Below are positions 35,460 through 49,516 of a DNA stretch of 64,000 nt, piece by piece. The translations under genes and the position numbers were made by a program. This DNA is from Eledone cirrhosa (taxonomy: Eukaryota), in NCBI GenBank assembly GCA_964016885.1, contig OZ024752.1, forward strand, positions 9,300,001 through 9,364,000. Reading direction: 5' to 3'. The notes under the pieces were generated by a model, which saw only the letters and a program-made list of their open reading frames with translations, did not search any database and was not told where the DNA came from. Position 1 is the first letter of the stretch; each line of letters begins with the position of its first letter.

Positions 35460-38400
35460 ATGACCCTCCCCAAATATAACAATATCTGTTTCGACACACG
35501 ATTTCATATAAAAAACCTCGCAAAACTAATTCATCGCCGCTATGGCATTAGCTTGTGCCAAGCTGAAAGGTTATTGAAAGACACTGTTTTCTGTTATATA
35601 AAAACTACAATAACAACAGAACAAATCCGCTTCTTAAAACACTGTGTTTCCTCCAAAACATACACAACAAACATATCAAAACAAGTAAATAATTTATTAT
35701 TGAACAAAACACAAGCTGAACGGCTAAAACACACAATAACAGTTAATATGAAAAGAACAACATACACAAAAGTCAACGCACTCTACAGACAAAAACGCAT
35801 CAACGGTAAGGAAATCCGAAATCTCATCACAGCAAACGAGAGAGATGACTTCATGAGCGTCATCCGACGCGAAACGAAATATGCTCAAAACGAATGCTGT
35901 AGGCATTTCAAGAAGAAATTAGAATGGATGAATAAGAAAAAACTACAAGAAAGGAAAATCGAATATTCTCAAAAATACCCAGATAACATCGACAACATCC
36001 GTATGAGTGATGTAAAACTACCGGAAGAATTTACCAATGACCACACAGTAAATATCTATGGGAACACTTTAATCAGTGAACAAGAACAACAAATCCTAAA
36101 GTTACCACCAAAATTTGCCATCTACAAAAAGATTAATCCTATGGAATGCAAAACGGAGCTGGAAAAGTGTTTCACAAAAATACGTTGGAATGCAAAGGTA
36201 AACAACAACAACAATAATAACGGTAGTAGTAATATAAACAATAACTCTGGGTATAGAAATAACAGCCATAACCATAACAATGGCAGGAAAGTGAGAAATA
36301 GTGATAATGGTAATAATACTAGCGATAGACAGAACAACAACAACCACAATAATAATAATAATAGAAACGTTAACCACAGACACAGCAACAGTGACCACAG
36401 TAGTAATAACGGTAACAATACGAACAACAACAACAACAATAACCACAGTGGTAATAATGGAAATAGTACATGTAGCAACATCAACAAAAACAAGAAACAT
36501 AATAATAGTAACAACCACAATGGTAGAAATAGCAGTAACAACAACAATAACGGTGAAGTAAACAACAATACATCTAGCAATCATAACAATAATAATATTA
36601 ATGCTAAGGATAGAAACAACAACAACCACCATGATAACAATAATAGCAACACACACAACTATGACGATAGAAATAACGACAACCCCTTAGAGAAACTATT
36701 TTTCAACCCAGCTGACAAAACATATAAGATGGGTAATATCTATCCTACGAGGTTACCCTTTAATAAAAGAGTTTGCATACCACAACAAATAGATGACGAG
36801 ACGGAGGCACAGTTCACCATAGCTAGAAATAAGATTAGACAAGTAGTAGACAGGTACACTATGAGACAGAGCAGACCAGAGGCCCAACAACTTGGGATAA
36901 AACCTGTAGAAGGCTTGGTTAGCCTCAAGCAGCGCACAAGGGATGGTGAGGTAGTGTGTCTACCCACAGATAAGTCTGGTAGGATGTCAATAGATAGCAT
37001 GCCGAACTACATCGAGGCAATGCAACCCCACATCACCAACACGAGCGAAGTTGCACAACTAACACACGATGGGAGAGAAAAAATCCTCAACGCTCACATG
37101 ATGATGTGGACTGACATCCTAAAGCCAAGCAGACGCACTGCCAACAACTTCCAGGCGTCTAACAATGGCATACCACCCTTGTATGGGCTCCGCAAAGACC
37201 ACAAGACAGTCGACGACCCGACAATAGGACCACCAACAAGACCTGTATGCGGAGCTAATATAGCTAGCAACTACAGGATCTCCTACTTCCTCTCAATGGT
37301 TATACGCCCCATAATCAAGATGTCCCCAGATGTATGTGAAAGTACAGAGGACCTCCTCAGCAGAATCAGTGAGTGCAACAAAAACAGGAGCCTATCCAAC
37401 TGCATAATAGGCAGCATGGATGTGGTGTCACTGTACCCATCCATTAACATTGATTTTGCTGTGAAAAGATGTGTGGAGATGATCATTGAGAGTGAGGTGG
37501 AGTTCTGCGACGTCGACACAGACGAACTGGGCCTCCTACTTAGACTTACCTACGACACTGACTACCTAGACAGCCATGACCTTAGATGTTTCTGCCCTAG
37601 TAGACCTATAAGAGGTAGACCCCCCACCATAACCTCAATGGCTAAAAAGACTCCCATAGGAAGGTGGATTGGGTGGACCAAAGCTATACGGACCCCCCAA
37701 AACACTGATCAGGTAAGAAAAATGGTCGCACATGCAATAGGGGCTAGTATCAAAACTACCCTAAAGGGCCACATATTTAAGTTCAATGAGAAAATCTACA
37801 CCCAAAATGAGGGAGCAGCCATCGGCGTCAGCATAGCTGGCGATGTTGCCAACCTTTTCATGGTATGGTGGGAAAAGAGACTTAAAGATCTCCTTAATGA
37901 AAGCTCCATAGACCTCATCATGTACTCTCGTTATGTAGACGATATCAATATAGTTATAAGAACACCCCCACTAGAGAGCACTAACAAGTTTGATTTAGAA
38001 CGTAGCACGATGGAAAGCATCCAGCAGATAGCTAATTCCATACACCAGAGTATAACTGTAACTATAGACTTCCCTTCCAAACACCCTAACAATAGACTAC
38101 CTGTATTAGACACAGAACTCTGGATTAACACTATAGACGAGAGAGCCCAAATTCTCCACTCACACTATGCTAAACCCATGGCCTCCAAATACCTGATACT
38201 CAAAAACTCAGCAATGTCCAGTAGTGCTAAGTTTAATATTCTGATCGCAGATTTGGTACGAGTGATGAAGAATGTGTCCAGCATGTGCGACCCAACAGAA
38301 ATGGAAGGACACACCCAACACTTCATCAACCGCATGCAGTTCTCTGGCTACAACCAAAGAGACAGAGTCAGAGTATACGAAGGAGCCATGGAAAAGTATA

Positions 38401-39089
38401 AGACCCTCATAGAACTGGACATGAAAGGAATTTGCCCACTATACAGGAGCAAATCATGGAATAGCTTAGATAGGGCTAGACATAAGATAGGGAAGGCCAC
38501 ATCATGGTACGACAACCAGAGATATCAGAGTGTCATGTTTGTGGACGCCACCCCTGGAGGGAAATTAGCTAACCAGTGTAGAAAGGCCCTGAGAAAGACC
38601 CACTTAAAAATAAAGGTGGTAGAAAAGCCAGGAACCACCATAAAATCCCTGATCAGCAAAACCTACCCTTTTAAGAAAACCCACTGTACCAATAGGAAAT
38701 GTATCATATGTAAGGTGAACCCCCGGATAAACTGTAAAACTAGAAACGTAGTCTATAGCATAAGATGTACAGAGGGTACTTGCAGAAACACGACAACAAC
38801 ATACATAGGTGAGACAGCTCGTAGCATAGGTGAAAGGATAGACCAACACTGGGGGGAACTAAAAGGACGAAAAAACGGGTCAGTACTATACGAACATGCT
38901 AGACAACATCATGACGGTAACATAGACAACATAGAAATTAGAATAATATCTAAACATAGGAATGACCCAGCAGATAGGCAAATCAGAGAGGCCAGTGAAA
39001 TAGAAATTAGAAGACCAAAGCTAAACAGAAAGAATGAGTGGAACAACAACAACACCCAAACAAACAACACTGACCTAAGAGAAGTATAA
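35460..39089 (+). CDS. Penelope-like RT + C-terminal GIY-YIG endonuclease (Neptune-type layout), with an Asn-rich insert
   Basis: LYGLRKDHK, PTRPVCGA, SMDVVSLYPSI, GAAIG, RYVDDI; CxxxxCxxC linker; NVVYSIRC...YIGETARSIGERIDQH. Confidence 0.95.
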   Translation: MTLPKYNNICFDTRFHIKNLAKLIHRRYGISLCQAERLLKDTVFCYIKTTITTEQIRFLKHCVSSKTYTTNISKQVNNLLLNKTQAERLKHTITVNMKRTTYTKVNALYRQKRINGKEIRNLITANERDDFMSVIRRETKYAQNECCRHFKKKLEWMNKKKLQERKIEYSQKYPDNIDNIRMSDVKLPEEFTNDHTVNIYGNTLISEQEQQILKLPPKFAIYKKINPMECKTELEKCFTKIRWNAKVNNNNNNNGSSNINNNSGYRNNSHNHNNGRKVRNSDNGNNTSDRQNNNNHNNNNNRNVNHRHSNSDHSSNNGNNTNNNNNNNHSGNNGNSTCSNINKNKKHNNSNNHNGRNSSNNNNNGEVNNNTSSNHNNNNINAKDRNNNNHHDNNNSNTHNYDDRNNDNPLEKLFFNPADKTYKMGNIYPTRLPFNKRVCIPQQIDDETEAQFTIARNKIRQVVDRYTMRQSRPEAQQLGIKPVEGLVSLKQRTRDGEVVCLPTDKSGRMSIDSMPNYIEAMQPHITNTSEVAQLTHDGREKILNAHMMMWTDILKPSRRTANNFQASNNGIPPLYGLRKDHKTVDDPTIGPPTRPVCGANIASNYRISYFLSMVIRPIIKMSPDVCESTEDLLSRISECNKNRSLSNCIIGSMDVVSLYPSINIDFAVKRCVEMIIESEVEFCDVDTDELGLLLRLTYDTDYLDSHDLRCFCPSRPIRGRPPTITSMAKKTPIGRWIGWTKAIRTPQNTDQVRKMVAHAIGASIKTTLKGHIFKFNEKIYTQNEGAAIGVSIAGDVANLFMVWWEKRLKDLLNESSIDLIMYSRYVDDINIVIRTPPLESTNKFDLERSTMESIQQIANSIHQSITVTIDFPSKHPNNRLPVLDTELWINTIDERAQILHSHYAKPMASKYLILKNSAMSSSAKFNILIADLVRVMKNVSSMCDPTEMEGHTQHFINRMQFSGYNQRDRVRVYEGAMEKYKTLIELDMKGICPLYRSKSWNSLDRARHKIGKATSWYDNQRYQSVMFVDATPGGKLANQCRKALRKTHLKIKVVEKPGTTIKSLISKTYPFKKTHCTNRKCIICKVNPRINCKTRNVVYSIRCTEGTCRNTTTTYIGETARSIGERIDQHWGELKGRKNGSVLYEHARQHHDGNIDNIEIRIISKHRNDPADRQIREASEIEIRRPKLNRKNEWNNNNTQTNNTDLREV

Positions 39090-39612
39090 ATAAATAAGTA
39101 AATTAAATAAAATAAAATAAGATAAATAAATACATACACAAGCACATAAACACACACTAGTCACCCAGCAGACAACACTATACACACTAGTCACACATCA
39201 CACATAACACTATACACACACGCAAACGCATGCGCAAAGAAGACAAAATAAAATAAGATAAACAAACAAGCAAATAAATAAATAAATATATAGACAGACT
39301 GAACAAAAAAAATGGCGTAGACATACAACACAACAGGAGGAACAATGAATATAACACCACTGACGATGTTGCAGATGTGCAACGAAAGATTTATGTAAAC
39401 TATATATATATGTGTTTGTCTATATTGTATCTGTATTATTTTTGACCGCCGGTCAGTCAATGGCAACATTGAGGACCGAGTAAGTTAGATCGCAGATATA
39501 TATATATAAAAGACAGCGAGAAGCGAAAACCAACCAAACAGTGAGTGTGTTCTGTTATTAATTCTGGCAATATTACGCAAATATGACCCTCCCCAAATAT
39601 AACAATATATAT

Positions 39613-40030
39613 ATATTAAAATATAAATATTAATAAAATAGATGTTCTTTTTATCAATTATATTTTATTATACATATTTCGGATGTACAATAGTACGTCC
39701 TCATCAGACAACATATAATGATACATGACATACCCTGACATGTTAAAGGGTTAAGATTTAATCAAGATAGTGACTACCTTGATTAAATCTTAACCATTTA
39801 ACATCTCAGGGTATGTCATGTATCATTATGCTATGTATCATTGTCTGATGAGGACGTACTATTGTACATCCGAAATATGTATAATAAAATGTAATTGATC
39901 AAAAGAACATCGATTTTATTAATATTTATATTTTAATATTAATAACTCCGGAAAATTATTTTCCCGTAGAGTGCTTTCAATCAACTGTAAAACTCTTTCT
40001 TTGACATAATCATTGAATATCGTTTAACAC
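39613..40030 (+). mobile_element. Fold-back element (~160-bp arms, centre ~39776) with a hammerhead at ~39841-39890
   Basis: TTGT-CTGATGA-GGACGTAC-TATT-GTACATCC-GAAAT-ATGT-ATA^ATAA; tail GAGTGCT box. Confidence 0.75.
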
Positions 40031-40035
40031 TTTAA

Positions 40036-40039
40036 TACA

Positions 40040-40071
<32 letters not shown>

Positions 40072-40097
40072 CATATATATATGTATATATATATATG

Positions 40098-40144
<47 letters not shown>

Positions 40145-40157
40145 GTATATATATATG

Positions 40158-40206
<49 letters not shown>

Positions 40207-40231
40207 GTATATATATATGTATATATATATG

Positions 40232-40262
<31 letters not shown>

Positions 40263-40299
40263 GTATATATATATGTATATATATATGTATATATATATG

Positions 40300-40350
<51 letters not shown>

Positions 40351-40419
40351 GTATATATATATGTATATATATATATGTATATATATATATGTATATATAT
40401 ATATGTATATATATATATG

Positions 40420-40451
<32 letters not shown>

Positions 40452-40675
40452 TATGCATATATATATATATGCATATATATATGTATATATATATATATGC
40501 ATATATATATGTATATATATATATGTATATATATATATGTATATATATATGTATATATATATGCATATATATATGTATATATATATGTATATATATATAT
40601 GCATATATATACATATATATATATGTATATATATATGTATATATATATATATGTATATATATATGTATATATATA

Positions 40676-40728
<53 letters not shown>

Positions 40729-40729
40729 G

Positions 40730-40762
<33 letters not shown>

Positions 40763-40775
40763 GTATATTTATATG

Positions 40776-40842
<67 letters not shown>

Positions 40843-40889
40843 GTATATATATGTATATATCTATATATGTATATATATGTATATATCTA

Positions 40890-40968
<79 letters not shown>

Positions 40969-40981
40969 GTATATTTATATG

Positions 40982-41048
<67 letters not shown>

Positions 41049-41105
41049 GTATATATATGTATATATATGTATATATCTATATATGTATATATATGTATAT
41101 ATCTA

Positions 41106-41195
<90 letters not shown>

Positions 41196-41211
41196 CATGT
41201 ATATATATATG

Positions 41212-41244
<33 letters not shown>

Positions 41245-41285
41245 GTATATATATATGTACATATATGTATATATATATACATGTA

Positions 41286-41341
<56 letters not shown>

Positions 41342-41350
41342 CATATATAT

Positions 41351-41440
<90 letters not shown>

Positions 41441-41449
41441 GTATATATG
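40036..41449. repeat. (TA)nTG compound microsatellite
   Basis: Directly visible. Confidence 0.97.
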
Positions 41450-42071
41450 AAATCTCAAAATGCGGACGAAACCATGGTAGAGGTAAATAAATGTATTCTA
41501 TTTTCTCCTAGTTTATTTTACACCTAATTCTGTTTAATTGACTGTATATCTGGGCGATTACGCTGTCGAAATATTCGATAAATATTCTGTCGCAGCCGAC
41601 GCGAAGGGCTAGTTTCAGTTATTTGTTGGAGATTTCTTCATAGAAGCCTTATTCTTATAGCCTGGTCTATTCGATATTTTATATGGTTAATTATGCTAAT
41701 TGGGAGAGGAAATGGTATATATTTTATCTGGTGATTCTATAGACATGTTTTATGATATATAGCTCTGATTATTTAATTTATTAACTTTTCATTGAGCCTC
41801 AAAGTGACCCGTTGCAAAACACGTATATGTATGTATATATATATATAATGCACAGGCATTGCTTTATATCTGGAGATCTCTCTGCACTTGTCATCACATG
41901 GTACCATGGGCCCTGCACTATGTGTCAATAATGGTCACAAGTGTAGTCTTTGTACCCAGAGTTTTCAAGTCGCTGGCTGGACTAAAAAGTCACATTCGTT
42001 CAGCGCATCGGTAGGGGTTCTCCTACATGGATATAAAGTAGTGGCCGTACTCGAAAACGAGTTGGCAGCCA

Positions 42072-42115
<44 letters not shown>

Positions 42116-42119
<4 letters not shown>

Positions 42120-42461
42120 ATTATTATGTAATAAACAACATAAGGCAATTATTCCATTTACCAGTGGTTTCTTAAAAGCAAAAGGTTTTGCTTTCAATCA
42201 TCAGAACGGAAAAAGCTGGTTTGTTTATTGAATTTGGATTACAAAACCAAAAATGTTTTTGGGTTTTGTAATCCAAATTCAATAAACAAACCAGCTTTTT
42301 CCGTTCTGATGATTGAAAGCAAAACCTTTTGCTTTTAAGAAACCACTGGTAAATGGAATAATTGCCTTATGTTGTTTATTACATAATAATAATAATTAAG
42401 CTCTGTTGCCTACATAGAGCACTCTTTTTTCCTGGACTTTTCCGATGGAATTACTTCATTT
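42116..42461 (+). mobile_element. Fold-back element (centre ~42253) with a well-formed hammerhead at 42299-42358
   Basis: TTCCGTT-CTGATGA-TTGAAAGCAAAA-CC-TTTTGCTTTTAA-GAAAC-CACTG-GTA^AATGGAA; related copy at 53000-53435. Confidence 0.82.
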
Positions 42462-42479
42462 ATATATATATATATATAT

Positions 42480-42906
42480 ATAATATAAGATCAAAAGATG
42501 GTTAAAGGAGTTCCATGTATTTTATTATGCGCATTTCAAAAACAAACATCATCATGCAATAATATTTGTGTTTTCATCAGATAAAACAGGAGAACATGAT
42601 ATGAAGGCTAAAAAACACCTGTGGACAGTGCAGTTTTAAATCAACATATGTTGATATATTGATTTAAAACTGCACTGTCCACAGGTGTTTTTTAGCCTTC
42701 ATATCATGTTCTCCTGTTTTATCTGATGAAAACACAAATATTATTGCATGATGATGTTTGTTTTTGAAATGCGCATAATAAAATACATGGAACTCCTTTA
42801 ACCATCTTTTGATCTTATATTATGTATACTCCAGTCCTACAAACTGTAGAGTGCTTCTTATCCGATATCTGCATTGCTTTATTGTACTACAATAAAACTC
42901 ACCTCC

Positions 42907-42908
<2 letters not shown>
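42480..42908 (+). mobile_element. Fold-back element (centre ~42650) with a hammerhead at 42717-42783
   Basis: TTTTAT-CTGATGA-long stem II-GAAAT-GCGC-ATA^ATAAAA; tail GAGTGCT box. Confidence 0.78.
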
Positions 42909-42976
<68 letters not shown>

Positions 42977-42979
42977 AAC

Positions 42980-43114
<135 letters not shown>

Positions 43115-43115
43115 A

Positions 43116-43205
<90 letters not shown>

Positions 43206-43242
43206 ATATATATATAATATATATTATCCAACACTAATTATT

Positions 43243-43293
<51 letters not shown>

Positions 43294-43308
43294 CCAACAC
43301 TAATTATT

Positions 43309-43373
<65 letters not shown>

Positions 43374-43388
43374 CCAACACTAATTATT

Positions 43389-43443
<55 letters not shown>

Positions 43444-43458
43444 CCAACACTAATTATT

Positions 43459-43517
<59 letters not shown>

Positions 43518-44186
43518 ATATTATCCAACACTAATTATTTATTATATATATATATATATATAATTATTTGTATGGCAGTGCCACGTCAGGTCCGCAAGAA
43601 AAGAATCAATACACACATGCACACACATATACGCACACACAGACACAGGCACAGACACATACACAGGCACAGGCACACAAACACACACACGCACAGAAAC
43701 ACACACACGCAAACACACACAAGCACACACATACACGCACAGACAGACAGACAGACACACGAACACATACACACCCATCGACAGCACACGCACTCACCGA
43801 CCCCCACAGGCAACCACCGACTCCCACACCTCCCCACCCCGCCCACATCCCCACATATATTTACTATACATATATACATTTATAATACATATACATACAT
43901 ATGTATAAAATATACAGAGACGCGCGCGAACACACACACACGCACCCAACGACCTCTCCCCCCACACACCCACAAGCCTCCCCACCCCACATACACACAC
44001 ACATATACACATTTATTATACATATAAATACATATATATAAAATCTATATATCGTAACTTTCGGGAAAACTCTGAGAAGAGAAAATCTGCTGATTTCAGC
44101 AAAACACCCATAAAGTAGCTGAAAGGTCTGTTTACATAAAATTTTAAAGTAGATTAGATATAAATATAGTCAAGATCTTATGTGAG

Positions 44187-44258
44187 GCGTCGGTGGTGTA
44201 ACGGTTAGCATGGTTGCCTTCCAAGCAGTCGATCCGGGTTCGACTCCCGGCCGACGCA
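44187..44258 (+). tRNA. tRNA-Gly (TCC)
   Basis: Identical to the 28965 copy; T-run downstream. Confidence 0.95.
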
Positions 44259-44324
44259 TCAAGTGTGTTTTTTGTTTTTATTCAGAGTTTTAATTATTTT
44301 AGAAAGGGAATACAAATATCATTT

Positions 44325-44514
44325 ATAATTGTTTCTACTTTTTGGCACAAGGGCAGCAATTACTCAATACATTACTGGTACTTTATTTTATCGACCCCGT
44401 AAGGATGAAAGGCAAAGTCAACCTCGGCGGGATTTGAACTCAGATCGTTAAGGGACGTAACTATGCTGGAAAGCATGGCGTCCGACCCTCTACCGATACT
44501 GCCAATCCACCACC
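44325..44514 (-). mobile_element. tRNA-derived SINE
   Basis: Reverse complement of the 25001-family unit. Confidence 0.85.
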
Positions 44515-44525
44515 TTTATAATCAT

Positions 44526-44578
<53 letters not shown>

Positions 44579-44853
44579 TAACAAACATTCACACGCACAC
44601 ACATATGTACGTGTATATGTATATTTATATATATCTGCATATATAAATACTTGCTTATATATATATGGGAAAAGAGTTAGGTGCCCGACAGCGGAACTCC
44701 GGCCGTTTCGACAATTAGATCCGAGTTGTCGAAACAGCAGGATTTCAGCCGTCGGGATCTTGACTCTTTTCCTATTACCCACTCTACTACCCTAAGTATC
44801 AAGTACTCTGGTGCGTTATGGTTCACCTGGTATCTTACCACACCGTCTTTGTT

Positions 44854-44887
<34 letters not shown>

Positions 44888-45189
44888 AGGGTATTTACAT
44901 TTTAACCATTCTGCTCTGAGGAAATGGTAGTCGCAGCATTTGAAAATTGAGTTTCTGCAATCAAATAATTATTAATTATCAATTTGCACATAGCATGACT
45001 GGGCTGTATAACTCGCAATGAATTACCTTTTTATGATGTCTACCTGTTATCAATCATTCTTTATCTACACTCCGGAATACAGGAGGATCCATAACTCGTT
45101 GAGTAACCCCTCACCGTACGTCAACTCTATCTAGTGTAGTAATTAACCATTACTGCATTTAGGATAACCCTAAGCATTTCTTGCATAAC

Positions 45190-45264
<75 letters not shown>

Positions 45265-45404
45265 CTAACAAAAGTTTGATGAGCCTTTGATTCCAGAGCC
45301 GGGCCCGATCGATAGAGTTCGAACCTTGAGCTGATCAATCACGAAACGCGCGTCACACCTGTATAAACGTACTGAAAATTTGATACCTCGTCCGTATTTA
45401 TTAT

Positions 45405-45675
45405 TAGGCAGTATCCCGCCGAGGTTAACTTTGCCTTTCATCCTTACGGGGTCGATAAAATAAAGTACCAGTAATGTACTGGGATAATTGCTGGTCTTGT
45501 GCCAAAAGTAGAAACAATTATTAGGCAGTATCGGTAGAGGGTCGGGTGCCATGTTTAGCAGCATAGAGTTACAGCTGAGGTGAACTTTGCCTTTCATCCT
45601 TACGGGGGCGATATACCAGTAATACACTGGCTTAATTGCTGGCCTTGTGCCAAAAGTAGAAACAAACAATTATTA
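45405..45675 (+). mobile_element. Two internally deleted SINE copies in tandem
   Basis: Partial matches to the SINE unit. Confidence 0.75.
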
Positions 45676-45694
45676 ATCATATATGCATACACAC

Positions 45695-45751
<57 letters not shown>

Positions 45752-45792
45752 ATAAATTAACGGAGTCATAGGCCTTCGCCATTCCCTGTAAA

Positions 45793-45982
45793 TAATTGTT
45801 TCTACTTTTGGCACAAGGCCAGCAATTATCCAGTGTATTACTGGTACTTTATTTTATCGACCCCGTAAGGATGAAAGGCAAAGTTAACCTCGGCGGGATT
45901 TGACCTCAGAATGGCAAGGGCCGTAACTCTATACGTCAAAGCATGGCGTCCGACCCTCTACCGATACTGCCAATCCACCGCC
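45793..45982 (-). mobile_element. Full-length SINE with target-site duplication
   Basis: ATTCCCTGTAAATAAT repeated at 45781-45796 and 45983-45998; empty-site paralog near 47963. Confidence 0.88.
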
Positions 45983-46136
45983 ATTCCCTGTAAATAATGT
46001 GCTTAAAAGAGAAGAGATCCTGAGCTCTTTAAAATACAATATGTTGAAAAGGTAACACACCAGAGAGAGATATACAGTGCGCTATCATTGATAGCACACT
46101 GTATATCTCTCTCTGGTGTGTTACCTTTTCAACATA

Positions 46137-46190
<54 letters not shown>

Positions 46191-46836
46191 CTCGGGTAAC
46201 TATTTCAATCATATCTTATTTTGTTTGACCCGTTTAGCTTGTTCGCTTATTTGGCTCTGGTGGTTAATGGCTTCTTAACCATCGTCTCAGTTTGTATGAC
46301 CTTTTTAACTTATGTTTATAGCTCTGGTATCTTCTTCATATCCACACAGCGCTTGTCTACACATTACGGAAGTTGCGTTTCACTAATTTCTACCCGCCAA
46401 AATGCAATTCTCGCTAAATTTATATTTATATATATATACACACATTATTGGTGCGTCCTTGTTTGTATTCATGCTCCGTAATTTAATGTTTCAGCAAGCA
46501 AAGAGATTGAAAAATAATTACAGAACTTGAAAAGAAAAAGAAATATATATACTGGTTTTGATATTGTTTCAATGAGTGAGAACAATTAAAAGAATGAAAG
46601 AATACGCATACATATACGCATACATATACACATACATATACTCATACATACACACACACCTATACTTAAACATATACACACGCCGATACTCATACATATT
46701 CATTAAAACATATATGTAGTAACTTTTGAAGATTGAAAAGGAAAAGAATGCCATTTCAGCAAAAAGTCCGTAAAGTATCTGCAAAGTATGTTTTTCAAGT
46801 AAATTAGATTTAAATTTTGACATTTAAGAATGTGAG

Positions 46837-46908
46837 GCGTCGGTGGTGTAACGGTTAGCATGGTTGCCTTCCAAGCAGTCGATCCGGGTTCGACTCCCGG
46901 CCGACGCA
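46837..46908 (+). tRNA. tRNA-Gly (TCC)
   Basis: Identical 72-nt sequence. Confidence 0.95.
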
Positions 46909-46969
46909 TCTACTGTTTTTTGTTTTTTAGAGTTTTAATTATTTTATGAAGCCAATACAAATATTACTT

Positions 46970-47148
46970 ATAATTGTTTCTACTTTTGGCACAAGGCCAG
47001 CAATTATCCCAGTCTATTACTGGTACTTTATTTTATCAACCCCGTAAGGATGAAAGGCAAAGTTAACCTCGGCGGCATTTGAACTCAGTCCGTAAAGGGC
47101 CGTAACTCTTTGCTGCAAAGCATGGCGTCCGACCCTCTACCAATCCAC
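46970..47148 (-). mobile_element. tRNA-derived SINE
   Basis: Reverse complement of the SINE unit, downstream of the tRNA as in the 44187 unit. Confidence 0.85.
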
Positions 47149-47219
47149 TTATAATAACAATATTTTTCACACTCACACACACATATAACAAAAGACAAAA
47201 CAAAACACATACAACATGT

Positions 47220-47277
<58 letters not shown>

Positions 47278-47455
47278 GTAAGTCTCGGGACCAATCGGGG
47301 ATAACCACAGTAAGTAAGGTACTCAATACATAAGTCGTACTTGGAGTAATAGAGTGGGTAATATGAAAAGATTCAGGGCCTCGACGGCTGAGCTCCTGCC
47401 GTTTCGGATCTAGCTGTCGAAACGGCTGGAGCTCAGCCGTCGGGGTGCTGAATCT

Positions 47456-47492
<37 letters not shown>

Positions 47493-47650
47493 TCATATAT
47501 ATATATATATATATATAAATATATATAAATATATATATATAAATATATAAATATATATATAAATATATATAAATATATATATATATAAATATATATATAT
47601 ATAAATATATATATATATAAATATATATATATATAAATATATATATATAA

Positions 47651-47695
<45 letters not shown>

Positions 47696-47764
47696 TATAT
47701 AAATATATATATATATATAAATATATATATATATAAACATATATATAAATATATATATATAAAC

Positions 47765-47799
<35 letters not shown>

Positions 47800-47800
47800 A

Positions 47801-47916
<116 letters not shown>

Positions 47917-48654
47917 AATATATATAAATATATCACGATACATTAACGGAGCCATAGACTCTCGCCGTTCCTTGTAAATAATGTGCTCAAAGGAGAGGAA
48001 ATCCTGGGCACTTTAAAATACAATATGTTGCAAAGGTAACACACCAGAGAGAGATATACAGTGCGCCATCAATAAAACAGGGAAAAACCACCAGTGTATG
48101 GAATCTATAACCTATAGGCAGAATATAGACACGATAATTAAAAATATAAATTAAAGCGTAAATAAATACCTCTGTAACTATATAACACACGTACAAATGC
48201 AAAGTGATCTGTTTCGCCAGTAAGTTGTTGACAGAAATGAAATATATATATCACATAAGAAACGGAGAAACAGTGGTGCGACGAATTAAAATTTATTAAA
48301 GATATTACAAACGTTTCTCTGGCGGCAACCGTTTCTCTGTCTAATAAATTTTAATTCGTCGCACCACTGTTTCTTCGTTTCTTATGTGATATTATACTTT
48401 GCTCTGTAAGAGCATCGAGTGCTCAAATGGCCTACCCGCTTACGGACGCTTTAAGTATCCCACACCATATAAATATGGCATGTACGGCAACACTCATCTT
48501 TTTCCATTTCTCCCAGGGTTATAAACCCCACTATCAGGCTAGAAATTTCTTTAGTCTAAAATACGGTGAAAGCTTATAATTTCTAATTTCTAATTTCAAA
48601 CTCGCGCACCGTTTCAAAAACATACTTACATGTTTACGTTTATAATTTGCTTGG

Positions 48655-48685
<31 letters not shown>

Positions 48686-49045
48686 TATTGAAGTTTGCTT
48701 GAAGCATTGTGGAACAATAAGTAAATATCTTTAAGTCGTTTGGAAGCCTCGACAATGCAAATGGGTAAATCTCCGGGTAACAAGGTCCGGTGGTGGAGAG
48801 AGAGATGTAAGTGGGTGTACGTTGAGATGCGTGGTGTGTATAAGATGTGTGAGATGTGTAGAATGAAGGGAAGAGTATAAAGGATAAAAATAAAAATAAC
48901 AACACAAGAGAGAGTTACCTTGGGAGAGATTTAATAGTCCCTATATATTTTGGATTCACATCCATCAACTGGGTTTTTTTTTCGGGGTGGGGGAAAAGGT
49001 TGTCTGTCGGACAAGTCCGGAACGCGTCTTTCGCTGTTTGTTGTT

Positions 49046-49090
<45 letters not shown>

Positions 49091-49406
49091 TAATCTTATT
49101 CATGGAATATATCATGTAAATATAGTTTTATAGAAAATTTACATTGAGAAGAATGGAATGTAAAACAGGAAAATATAAAGAAAAAAACAGAAAAAGAAAA
49201 AAATGGCAAGGGGAGTGAAGAGCAAGGACTCTAGCGTCACTAAAGAATGAAGAAGGAGAGAGAGGATGAGTTGGGTCTGGGGTTAGGGGGTAGTGGTAGA
49301 GGGGTGGAGCTCCGCGGGCAACACCACATAGACTGTTTGCATCAAACAATTATAGCTCTAAAAAAACAAAAAAATCTCCCTCCTCCCACAAAAGAAAAAC
49401 ATTTGA

Positions 49407-49478
49407 TGCGTCGGCCGGGAGTCGAACCCGGATCGACTGCTTGGAAGGCAACCATGCTAACCGTTACACCACCGACGC
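49407..49478 (-). tRNA. tRNA-Gly (TCC)
   Basis: Identical 72-nt sequence, minus strand. Confidence 0.95.
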
Positions 49479-49516
49479 CTCACATAAAGAAATGTCTAAA
49501 TTTAAATCTAATCTAC

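Larger units (their letters stand above)
34484..39608 (+). mobile_element. Complete Penelope-like element: inverted 5' segment + pLTR + ORF + pLTR, inserted in (TA)n
   Basis: Near-identical direct repeats 34712-35485 and 38836-39608; 34484-34694 is the reverse complement of ~35357-35538. Confidence 0.93.
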
